Source of the DNA: Syntrophales bacterium
GTDB lineage: Bacteria; Desulfobacterota; Syntrophia; Syntrophales; PHBD01
Length of the DNA: 64,000 bases
NCBI GenBank assembly: GCA_963668175.1
Contig: OY764159.1
Location: 3,360,001-3,424,000 of the forward strand
Direction: 5' to 3'
In this document: positions 29,097-38,076 of the stretch, piece by piece
How positions within the stretch are numbered: position 1 is the stretch's first letter
Layout of the letters: the number at the start of each line of letters is the position of its first letter
Translations under genes and position numbers: made by a program
The notes under the pieces: generated by a model
Told to the model about the DNA's origin: nothing
The model's database searches: none
What the model saw: the letters and a program-made list of their open reading frames with translations, nothing else

Positions 29097-31050
29097 CTGT
29101 GTGACACCTCAGAACCCCCTTTCATCCCCTTCGATGATGCCCATCATCCCTGGGGATGACACCCGTCTTCGTCTCCCCTCAAGTTCGACCCATAGCCTCC
29201 GTTCCTACCGCCCCTCCGGGTCAGTTTTGCCGGTACGGTCGGCTGCCCTCTGCCTTGGCAGTCCGGTCAGCAGTCCGACCCCTGGTCTTTACCTCAGATC
29301 CGACACAAGCCCTACTCAGCTCCGACCCCACCACTCCCCTGCCCACCCCCAGGGTTTAAGGCTCGCCGCCTCTGGTTCGACCCGGGGTTTGGGGCGCTGA
29401 CAGGCAAGCGGGAGCGGCCTTTTGAAGCGCCTTAGGATGCTCCCCGCCCGGCGGGATAGCCGGGCTCGTCTTGGACAGCCTGCCGGATGGCTCCATAACC
29501 ACCGGAGGTCACAAACCGGAGGTGCCTGATTTCAGGTCCGATCTCAGGTCCGACTACAGGGCGAACAGGTCCTGAAGCCACCAAGGGTGGTCGAATGGAT
29601 CTTGAGCGCCGGATGGGCGACGACCGGAAAAGGCCTGCGAAGCCTAAGGGCAGCCCACAAGGCAACCTGAGGTGAAGCTGGCCCCGAGGGAGGAGCTAGC
29701 GAGACCGGAAGGCGCTTGAGGGGGCCCTGGCGGCTCAGCCGCAGGCTTAGCCAAAGGGACCCGGAAAGCGCCTGGATGTCGGAAGCGGACGGGGATAATG
29801 CTTCTCAGACCGACAGCATGGCGGATGCTCCATAACCGCCGCAGGCGCCTGTAAAACACAGAAACTCCAGTCCGACACCTGTGCCCCTGGCCAGGTCGTG
29901 ACCAGCACCTCGGCGAAGTTAGCCTCGGGAATCGTCATCAGAACCTCGCCGAAGTGAACCGGACGGCTTGGGTGACTGCCTGGTCTCAGACCGACCCGGC
30001 CTGCATGTCTGCCTGCACACTGGCAGCATGTCTGGCCAACTAGCTCAGCTCCGACAGCCACTCTCGCCGGACTGGGAGAGGTGTAACCTCGGATAGCCGG
30101 GCGAGGAACGGGAGAAGTACCGGACCTGAGAGGTAGGGGTGCCAGCGCAGCGAACCCAGGGGCGAAGGTCCAGGACTTCGGGCTGGGGGGGTTGGCCTGC
30201 AGAATCGAGGTGCAGCCGAGGTGAGGCAGGCCGTGTCGAAGGCCCCCTGGATTGAGATTCGACACTGTCTCAGGCAATCTCAGGGTGACACACACTCAGG
30301 TCGATTTCAGGTCCGACTCCAGGTTTCAGGCGGCGCTGGCGGGGACAGAAACCTGATGCCTGATCTCAGGTCCGATCTCAGGTCCGACCCACCAGCCCGG
30401 CGAAGTGCTCCGCCTCGATCGCGGATCAAGATCTACGATCGGGATCGGCGATTGACAGGAGCTCGGAGACCGGTCAGGCCTGCCGGAGGGATAACACCCT
30501 CAGGTCCGACACGAGCCGAGGGGTGGCCACCGACAAGTATTGCGAGTCCTGGCCGGGAAGGTAACATAACGATGTGTTATGTTTAGCTGAGAGAGGGCAT
30601 CTTGCCGTTACCGGATCTGCCAGCGGCAGCAAGACATGTTGGATAAGGCGCCTTATCTGACATGCCGAATGAAGCGACTTCCCGCATGGCGAGCAAATTG
30701 CCCAGGGGCACGCACATTTTCAGAGTCCAGGGTGCCCCCCGCCCCACTGCCCCAACAAACGACACCCCGAGGCGATCGCTGTACCCACCACCCACCAGCA
30801 TGGCGAAGGGATTCCGGCCCCTTACGTGGCAACAGGAAGCATGGGGGCTCGCTCTGCACGCCCCCCTCGCACCGGCTTGCCACGTTAGTCCGCCCGGCGC
30901 ACTTGCAGTCCCGATACACGAGGGCGGCAGGGTCTGCCAGCGTGGCGGAAGGCCGCCGGCCGCGGCCGGCGCCGGGAGTGCCCGGCGGCGTTGCCGTGAC
31001 CAGGCCGGACCAGGACCGATGCGGGAAACGCAGAGAAAAGCCGGGATGCA
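29097..31050 (+). ncRNA. Candidate ~2-kb structured non-coding RNA or element
   Basis: No credible ORF, dense hairpins with mostly plus-strand G-U pairs, repeated CTCAGGTCCGAC motif, upstream promoter. Confidence 0.45.
29178..30510 (+). repeat. Dispersed direct repeat CTCAGGTCCGAC, about 15 copies
   Basis: Exact copies at 29543, 30377 and 30499; variants listed in findings. Confidence 0.88.
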
Positions 31051-31614
31051 GTGGGTGTGATGTGTGTATGTGTATTAATAAGTATATAAATATATTAACT
31101 AATTCAACTAAGATATAAAGAGAGAAAAGATATATATAGACCCTGAAGACGGCCCTGAAAAGGGCGGGGTGGTCGAACGCACGGATTGGGAAAACGAGGA
31201 CAAGCGTGTGACACCGTGAGCACGACCTCATGCTGACGGAAATCGCCCACTTGTGGGGGCATGGCCGAACGCACGGAAGGGGAATTGAGACGCGGTCGTC
31301 ATCCGTACCGGGAGGAATTCAGATGTGACCCGGGGGGGATCTTTTGAGAAAATTCACCTCTCTCGAAACTCCTAGGCGGAAGATTTATGGATGAAACATG
31401 CAATCTTGGGAGGGATATTTTCCCGGTGAGAGAGGTAATCCAATTCTTCCTGTAATCAAGATCGTCCCTTTAGACATTGACGTTTAACAGTAAGGTTGGT
31501 TATCCATAATCTTCGATAAAGGTTTTGTTTAGATTTAATCATCTTGATCTCAGAATCAAAGTATGTTAACCGAAGTTGTAAATATGATCCTTACAAGCTC
31601 TTTCATAGTGAATA

Positions 31615-31710
31615 ATTTTGGTGACCCCGAGGAGGAGTAGAATAGGGAATCCCGTGTGAATCGGGAGCGGACCCGCCATTGCAAGCAGCGACGAAACCCT
31701 GCTAAGAGCT
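31615..31710 (+). promoter_or_regulatory. Cobalamin riboswitch-like element, apparently 5' half only
   Basis: GGTG...AATAGGGAA-TCCCG-TGTGAAT-CGGGA-GCGGACCCGCC-ATTGCAA; no 3' B12 box seen. Confidence 0.55.
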
Positions 31711-31786
31711 GGATGTCGGGGAACGGTTTCAAACCCCGAGTTTGAATAGTCTGCGATGAGCATACAAAATCCCCGAGGAGACGATT

Positions 31787-32041
31787 ATGGCGAAATTATT
31801 CGTTTTTCACAGTGGGAATCCCTCTTGAATGTCCTGTAGAAAGGCTATCGGGGTAGCCGAGGCAATGAAGAAGAAGTTTTCTGAGAAACTGGAACTGCTG
31901 ATTTACACAATGGATTCAAAAGAAGCGGAACCTTATCATTTCAGAAGCGCGACCAATGTTCTGCTGGATAAAGAACTCATACCGATTGACATAGCAACGA
32001 ACAAAGACAAAATGGATGCGTTTCTGTCCTCGAGACTGTGA
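31787..32041 (+). CDS. Putative selenoprotein with UxxC motif (thioredoxin-like), 84 aa
   Basis: GAGGAG RBS, ATG 31787, in-frame TGA 31826-31828 giving U-M-S-C, downstream SECIS-like hairpin. Confidence 0.78.
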
Positions 32042-32214
32042 GAGCATATTTTGACGAACACAATGCTGCTAAGAAGCAATAAAATCTTCCTACCCCTCCG
32101 AATATATAATACGTAAAGTAAGAGCAACGCGGCTCGAAGGTACGCCGTATCGGCTGCACAGGTACGTTAGGTAGCATTACGCTAGAATATAATCGATAAT
32201 GCTGATCCATCGTC

Positions 32215-33366
32215 TTAGAGAGCAAGCACCGAGAATACTACACCGACGAGTATGATCCAGTGAAGCTCGACTCCGAAAAGCAGAGTGGCAAAAGCGCCAC
32301 TGGACAAAAATATGCGGGGAAGGTCCCATGAGATGTTCAGGGCAAAGCGTATGGTCACGGACAAGAGCAGCCCTACGAAGGAATATAGCACTCCCCTAAG
32401 CGCTCGATTGAAATACGGAGAATGACTCAGCCTGTCATAATAGGGAACCATTGTTACCAACATAAGGAATGACGGGAGAAAGATGAAAATCGTCGCTATG
32501 ATCGCACCCGCGATACCGTCGCGGAGATAGCCGATGAACGTTGCTGTGATGACGATAGGCCCAGGGGTGATCTGGCCGAGAGCGATGCCATTCAGAAAAG
32601 TGAGTCCATCCATCCAGTCATGCCTGTGAACAACTTCGTTAAACATGAGCGGTAGAGAAGAAAACCCCCCGCCGAAAGCGAACAGGTCAATTCTAGCCAT
32701 CAAGAAAGCCAGATCGAACCATTCTCTTCGCATCAGAAATAGCAGAGCGAATGCCGTTGTCAGAGATGACAGAAGGTACACTAGAATCTTAGGGTCGTAC
32801 GATTTCCTCTTCGATACAACCGCAACGGCTGCCGGTTGTTGACTGTCGAAACCGAAGCCGCAGAGGGCTGCGATGAGGATAACGAGGATGGGATGGATTC
32901 CGAAACCAAACATCGAGGCAGCCAAAAGAGCGATGATCGCACCCTGCCAATTCGTCAGCCAACTCCTGCCGAACGTAAACGTTGCATGAGCTACGATGGC
33001 TACCACTATGGCCTGAAGACCGTTGAAACATGAGACGGTTACAGGTAATGTCCGTGTATGCATATACAGGGCAGAAAGAGCCATCATGATCAGGAAGGCT
33101 GGCAGACCGAAGCCGATGAAACTGGCAGCTGCTCCCCTCAGACCGTTAGATTGCAGCCCCACATAGGCCGTAACTTGCATGGCCGTGGCACCAGGAATCA
33201 TCTGGCAGAGAGTCACACCAGATCTGAAGGTCGAATCCTCCAGCCATTGTTTCTTCTCAACGACCATCGTGCGGATGTGAGCGATCATGGCCGGGCCGCC
33301 GAAAGCCGTCAAGCCGAGCCGGAAGAATGACAGAAAGAGGTTCCTTACCGTTGGCGTTTCGTTCAT
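32215..33366 (-). CDS. chrA: Chromate efflux transporter (long-chain CHR)
   Basis: FF.LG..AFGGP, Q.IPG, second FGGG and ITPGP repeat. Confidence 0.92.
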   Translation of the reverse strand: MNETPTVRNLFLSFFRLGLTAFGGPAMIAHIRTMVVEKKQWLEDSTFRSGVTLCQMIPGATAMQVTAYVGLQSNGLRGAAASFIGFGLPAFLIMMALSALYMHTRTLPVTVSCFNGLQAIVVAIVAHATFTFGRSWLTNWQGAIIALLAASMFGFGIHPILVILIAALCGFGFDSQQPAAVAVVSKRKSYDPKILVYLLSSLTTAFALLFLMRREWFDLAFLMARIDLFAFGGGFSSLPLMFNEVVHRHDWMDGLTFLNGIALGQITPGPIVITATFIGYLRDGIAGAIIATIFIFLPSFLMLVTMVPYYDRLSHSPYFNRALRGVLYSFVGLLLSVTIRFALNISWDLPRIFLSSGAFATLLFGVELHWIILVGVVFSVLAL

Positions 33367-33376
33367 CGATCGTCGC

Positions 33377-34615
33377 TTACAGTCTCCGGAGAATATCGAC
33401 GGGCTTCATCTTTTCCATCCGCCGGCCCATGAAATAACTTGCCAGCCAGCCCGCAGCAAGCGAAAGAGCCAGAGAAGCGGCCGTGAGACCGGCGGAGAAG
33501 CTGACCGGCAGACGGACTGTCTTCGCCACGGTGCCGGCCTCCTTAGCGAAAGCCGGTGTGAGATTCACCTCCCACGGCGTGGAAACGGGAATGGAAAGAT
33601 AGCCTAAGCTGTAGGAAATCAGATAACCCGCCAGAATGCCGACGATACCCCCGATAATGGATTGCAGGAAGACTTCACCCATGAGCTGTTTTTGAACATC
33701 GGAGCCCGTCCAGCCAACGGCCTTCAGAACGCCGATCTCCTGGGAGCGCTCGACCAAGTTTCCGAGCATGGTCTTGATGATCAGGAAAACCGCGCCGCAA
33801 AGGGCCACGAGAGATACGACCAGGGAAAACTGATCGGATATCCGCGAGACGCCGCCCATAACCTCTAAAAAGGAATCGGAGCTGGTCACGGTGAAACCGG
33901 GAAGCATCCGCAGAATGTCTTTCTTGGTCTGATTCAGAAGCGATGGATTCTTAAGACGCAGATAGACGATATTCACGCTCCCGGCACCATTCTCCAGGAG
34001 CGATTGGGCATCAGCCAGGGATAAATAGACGTTCGATGAAGCAATCTGCGAGCCCTCTTTTATCTCCAACAGGCCCACAATTTTAAATACATGGCCAGCA
34101 ATCGTCAGCGAATCTCCCAGCTGGCTGTTATGGAACTTGGCGTAGTGTTTTTCCAGAACGGCCTCGCCTTCTCTTTCAGGAAAACGCCCCTTGGCAAGCC
34201 AGTCTTTCACTTTGACGGGCCCCAGGCTCGGTTGTGTCAGGTCCACGCCCATGATTGTCCGGAAACCTCCCCGGTCGAACTCCCACAGGAGCAACGATCC
34301 GGCAATTCCCTCTGTGCCGGAAAGGCCTCGCAGCTTATCGATATCCTGGGAAGCCAGAAGCTGGCTGGAGAACGGCACTCTTACCCCGCGCATAGTCGGG
34401 GCGGGCTGGGTGGAGTCTGCCGTGCGCTTTTCCGGCCGCTGGATGACAAGATCGGCTCCCAGATTCTTGAAAGGCAGGCTGACTGCCTCCTGATAGGCGG
34501 TGGAAACAGCGTTAATGGACACGAACAGGGCTATCCCGACCGCGATGCCAAGCACGTTGACCAACGTCCGATGGCGATGATGACGAAGCTCGTTCAGTAT
34601 GTATCGATAATGCAT
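33377..34615 (-). CDS. MacB/FtsX-type ABC permease
   Basis: GIAVG, ER..EIGVLKAVGW, 4-TM layout. Confidence 0.9.
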   Translation of the reverse strand: MHYRYILNELRHHRHRTLVNVLGIAVGIALFVSINAVSTAYQEAVSLPFKNLGADLVIQRPEKRTADSTQPAPTMRGVRVPFSSQLLASQDIDKLRGLSGTEGIAGSLLLWEFDRGGFRTIMGVDLTQPSLGPVKVKDWLAKGRFPEREGEAVLEKHYAKFHNSQLGDSLTIAGHVFKIVGLLEIKEGSQIASSNVYLSLADAQSLLENGAGSVNIVYLRLKNPSLLNQTKKDILRMLPGFTVTSSDSFLEVMGGVSRISDQFSLVVSLVALCGAVFLIIKTMLGNLVERSQEIGVLKAVGWTGSDVQKQLMGEVFLQSIIGGIVGILAGYLISYSLGYLSIPVSTPWEVNLTPAFAKEAGTVAKTVRLPVSFSAGLTAASLALSLAAGWLASYFMGRRMEKMKPVDILRRL

Positions 34616-34622
34616 GGTCTCC

Positions 34623-35030
34623 TCATTTCTTGCGGGTTGCCTGATCCAGGGCTTTTCTAAGATCGGCCATCGTCCACTTGCCCTGGAAGAAAGCAGGGCC
34701 TGAGCCGGACGGGAAACCGGTGAAATTGATTTCCTTTCCCTTCAGGGGAAAGGACGATTTGCCGTCGATCCAGATGACCAGGGGCACGTGCTGACGGATG
34801 CCTTTTCGGGCCATGAAATTCTCCCCCTCGGGCGTATCGAAATCATACCACGATGCATTAACCTTATTTCCATATCCGGCCAAAACGGTCTTAATGTCCT
34901 TGATGGTGGACATAAGCGGACCGTGGTTCATATAGAGAATTTCAACGTTCGTGCCTTGCGCCGCACCGGCTGTTAAGGGCAAGCAAACGACGGCCAGCAT
35001 TAATGCACAGAACAAAACGATCTTCTTCAT
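34623..35030 (-). CDS. Secreted hypothetical protein
   Basis: Signal peptide; translationally coupled within the ABC operon. Confidence 0.75.
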   Translation of the reverse strand: MKKIVLFCALMLAVVCLPLTAGAAQGTNVEILYMNHGPLMSTIKDIKTVLAGYGNKVNASWYDFDTPEGENFMARKGIRQHVPLVIWIDGKSSFPLKGKEINFTGFPSGSGPAFFQGKWTMADLRKALDQATRKK

Positions 35031-35695
35031 GAGAGCACCTCCCCGTCCTGCATCCGGATGACCCGCTCGGCGGTCGCGGCTAGATCCGGCTCGTGTGTTA
35101 CCATGAGCATCGTCATGCCCTTCTCCTTATGCAGTTTGTTTAGAATTACCATGATGGCATCGCCGGTGGCTGAATCCAGATTGCCCGTCGGCTCGTCGGC
35201 AAAGACGATTTTGGGATTGTTGATGAGAGCCCTGGCGATGGCAACTCTTTGCTTTTCTCCTCCGGAAAGGGCGGCGGGCAGGTGATCCAGACGATGCCCC
35301 ATCTCCATCCGGTCGAGAATTTCCGACGCCCGCCGCTGTCGCTCCTCTTCCGGCATCCGGACGGGAAACAGGGGCAGCGCTACGTTCTCCCAGGCGGAAA
35401 GCGTAGGTATCAGATTGAAGGATTGGAAGATGAAGCCGACGTTCTCCCGGCGAAACAGAGCCAGTTCATCTTCCGTGGCTTCTGTGATCTCTCTGCCGTT
35501 GATGCTCACTTGGCCTTTGGTCGGGCGTTCCAATCCGGACAAGAGGGACAGGAGCGTCGTCTTGCCGCATCCCGACTTTCCCACCAGGGAAACGAACTCG
35601 CCCTCCCCTATCTCGATCGATACGTGCTTGACGACTTCCAGGTCACCGTAAGCCTTGGTCAGATTGGCGCCCGTCAGTATATTGGGTCTATTCAT
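35027..35695 (-). CDS. ABC ATP-binding protein (LolD/MacB-like)
   Basis: GKSGCGKTT, LSGGEKQR, ADEPTGNLD. Confidence 0.93.
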   Translation of the reverse strand: MNRPNILTGANLTKAYGDLEVVKHVSIEIGEGEFVSLVGKSGCGKTTLLSLLSGLERPTKGQVSINGREITEATEDELALFRRENVGFIFQSFNLIPTLSAWENVALPLFPVRMPEEERQRRASEILDRMEMGHRLDHLPAALSGGEKQRVAIARALINNPKIVFADEPTGNLDSATGDAIMVILNKLHKEKGMTMLMVTHEPDLAATAERVIRMQDGEVLS

Positions 35696-36938
35696 GCCTT
35701 AAAACCTCCGAGGGTTTGATTTTTGAAATGTGTCCGCCCAGGAGCATTCCCGTAACGCCCCCGATAACGGTTGAGAGCAGGATGGCAAAGGCGGCGAGCA
35801 ATATGGGGATATGGACCGGGAGGCGCAGCGTCTTAAAGAGCGGGTCGCCGCCACCGGGGAGGAAATGAGGTGTTGGACTCATCTCCCAAGGAATGGGGAT
35901 GTTGACCGTCAGAAATCCCAGCCCGAAGGCAGCAACCCAGGCGATCACCAATCCCAGAAAACCGGCGATCATGCACTGGATGACGGACTCCATCAGCAAT
36001 TGAGAAGATACATTGCGGTGAGTCCAGCCGACCGCCTTCAACACACCGATTTCCCTGGCGCGTTCGGTTATATTTCCGGCCATGGTCTTGAACGCGATGA
36101 GTACGGCGATCAGGATGGCGATAATGGATGCAACCAAAGTGAATTTATCCGACAACGCAAAAAGGCTCCCCAGCAGTTTCAGAAAGGATTCCGGTGTCGC
36201 CACGGCAGTCTTTTCCCCCAGAAGCCCTTTCAGAGCCGCTGCCACAACGGCCGTCTTTTCCTGATCCGCCTTTATGAAGAGAAGATTGACGTCTCCCGGT
36301 CCGAAAGGCGATACCGTCTGCAGCGGCCGGGATGCCATCGCCAGGCTCTGTGCTTCCGAGAGAGGCAGATAAAGATTGCCCACGGCGATCTTCGAGGCAT
36401 GGGATGCATCGACGATACCGACAACGGGATATTGTCTGCCGGACACGGTGATGGTGTCGCCCGGTTTGATGCCGAACTGCCGGGCGTAGGCCGCTTCGAC
36501 CATGGCCTCCGTCTTCCCTGCTTCCAGATAGCGCCCTTCTGTTACGAAGTTCTTGAGAATAGACGGCCCGATCGGATTATCCTGCTCGATTCCCAGGATG
36601 ATCCATGCCCTGTTCTTATCGAAAACCCAGAGGAGGACCGCCGTACCCATACCTCTGACGCCGGGAATCTTGCCGATTTCCTCCAGTTCTTTCTTGCGGA
36701 TGGTCACTGCGGAACAGGGAAAGACCGCTCCCGCCAATTCTTCGGGAACGTTGCCCGGCCGCTGGACGGTGATATCCGCCCCGATTTCCTTCAATGGCAC
36801 GCGTGCGGCCTCGTGATAAGCCATGGAAAGGGCATTCAGTATCACCAGAAGAGCAATGCCGATGGAAAGGCCGAGAACGGAAATGACGGTCCTTCTCTTC
36901 TGGTGATATAGTTCTCTGACAACATAAGATAAGTTCAC
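35688..36938 (-). CDS. MacB/FtsX-type ABC permease
   Basis: ERAREIGVLKAVGW; paralogous to 33377..34615. Confidence 0.9.
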   Translation of the reverse strand: MNLSYVVRELYHQKRRTVISVLGLSIGIALLVILNALSMAYHEAARVPLKEIGADITVQRPGNVPEELAGAVFPCSAVTIRKKELEEIGKIPGVRGMGTAVLLWVFDKNRAWIILGIEQDNPIGPSILKNFVTEGRYLEAGKTEAMVEAAYARQFGIKPGDTITVSGRQYPVVGIVDASHASKIAVGNLYLPLSEAQSLAMASRPLQTVSPFGPGDVNLLFIKADQEKTAVVAAALKGLLGEKTAVATPESFLKLLGSLFALSDKFTLVASIIAILIAVLIAFKTMAGNITERAREIGVLKAVGWTHRNVSSQLLMESVIQCMIAGFLGLVIAWVAAFGLGFLTVNIPIPWEMSPTPHFLPGGGDPLFKTLRLPVHIPILLAAFAILLSTVIGGVTGMLLGGHISKIKPSEVLRHE

Positions 36939-37426
36939 CGATTACCTCCATGAATAGGGAATGCCGGATTCGCGGGATCATTATTGATGCTCGTCCGGAG
37001 CAGAGCGAAGAAGCGCTTCTGCTGCTCGGGAGTCAAAATCTCTTTTACCTGGATAAGATGCGCAACGACCTCTTTCTGTATGTCACTCTGGATGGCAGCC
37101 ATCTCCTTTCGCGATGACTCGACGCGGCTATGGTCGATTTCATCTTGCCCCAACAGTTCGACGAATTGATTCCTCTTCGCCTGCATGGACGATCCCAGTT
37201 CATCCAGACGTGCATGAAAAGACTTGGACAGCGGCGATATTTTTGCCAGTTGGTTATCCGACAGGCCGAGAGACTGAAAGATGTGACGGTCGTCTTTATT
37301 CAGGGGGCAATTAGCGGGTGCGGCGAATCCGAAATTACGATAATAGCGATATCCGACGGTCGCTAATACGGATGCATTGACGGCCAGCGACAGTATCAGA
37401 ATAATCAGTAAGGTCTTTATTCTCAT
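36935..37426 (-). CDS. Spy/CpxP-like periplasmic heavy-metal sensor
   Basis: LGLSDNQ and ILTPEQ (LTxxQ) motifs. Confidence 0.85.
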   Translation of the reverse strand: MRIKTLLIILILSLAVNASVLATVGYRYYRNFGFAAPANCPLNKDDRHIFQSLGLSDNQLAKISPLSKSFHARLDELGSSMQAKRNQFVELLGQDEIDHSRVESSRKEMAAIQSDIQKEVVAHLIQVKEILTPEQQKRFFALLRTSINNDPANPAFPIHGGNR

Positions 37427-37929
37427 TTTTGAAAACTCTCCGTAAGACTCGCCATTCGCAGATAACCGTCCCCCATGGTACCGGGAGGGACAGGAGCGAA
37501 CGCGCCGTGCGAATATGTGTCCATTGCCGACTGTGTGTATGCCTGGCTGTTCCGTTCAAATAGAGGCGAATCTGTCATCATGAAATTTCCCATGGCGGCC
37601 CCTAACGTCACGCCAATCAGAAGGAGGGCGAAGGTGGCGGCCGGCGCGGGGAACAGTTGCAGCGTCCATCGGGCCCATTGGAGGAAACGATGCTTGCGTG
37701 ATGCGTCGATCTTTTCGCGAACGCCTCTGTAAAAGCCGGCCGATGTCTCAATCTTCGGAAGTTCATCGAACGACTGCCAGATATCTTCCATCTCAGTATA
37801 AAAAACACGGCAGCGGCTGCACTCCCGCAAATGGGCTTCAACCAGGTTTCGCGCGCGTTCATCGTGTTCGCCGTCCTGGTAGGCTGCAAGCATTTTTTGG
37901 ATTTGATGGCAATTCTTCTTGGCTTCCAA
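37423..37929 (-). CDS. Zinc-finger (zf-HC2) anti-sigma factor
   Basis: AYQDGE, HLRECSRC, one TM helix. Confidence 0.88.
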   Translation of the reverse strand: MEAKKNCHQIQKMLAAYQDGEHDERARNLVEAHLRECSRCRVFYTEMEDIWQSFDELPKIETSAGFYRGVREKIDASRKHRFLQWARWTLQLFPAPAATFALLLIGVTLGAAMGNFMMTDSPLFERNSQAYTQSAMDTYSHGAFAPVPPGTMGDGYLRMASLTESFQK

Positions 37930-38076
37930 TTCTTCCGGTCCTCATGGAGACTTTTACAGACTTAAACGATTCATTTTCAAAAACCCTGCGGTATTTTTTC
38001 GTTCATCTTTACATTTCTGTGGCGAGCCGTTAGAGTTGTAGCGTGGCTCGATTCAGGAAGTGCGAAGGAGGCAGGG

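Noticed and set aside
29531..29554. SRP RNA, because TCAGGTCCG matches the 5' side of 4.5S helix 8
   Set aside because: The following GAAGGAAGCAG half is absent at every copy
29178..30510. CRISPR or TIGR-like array
   Set aside because: Repeat is only 11-12 bp, spacing is highly irregular, and no cas or tas gene is visible
30641..30650. GGATAAGGCG similarity to enterobacterial REP sequences
   Set aside because: Single short match in a different palindrome context and no RAYT gene nearby
29101..31231. ORFs 29101..29400, 29432..29665, 29747..30295, 30221..30586, 30636..31118 and 30653..31231 as genes
   Set aside because: Pro/Arg/Gly/Ser-rich shadow translations, overlapping on both strands, no RBS or recognisable domain
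31330..31380. G-run as a transposon inverted repeat or phage cos site
   Set aside because: No partner repeat, transposase or terminase found in the window
31829..32041. 70-aa ORF starting at ATG 31829
   Set aside because: No RBS; better explained as the post-UGA part of a selenoprotein starting at 31787
32120..32172. Possible attC remnant ending in GTTAGGT
   Set aside because: No matching RYYYAAC box or convincing inverted repeat
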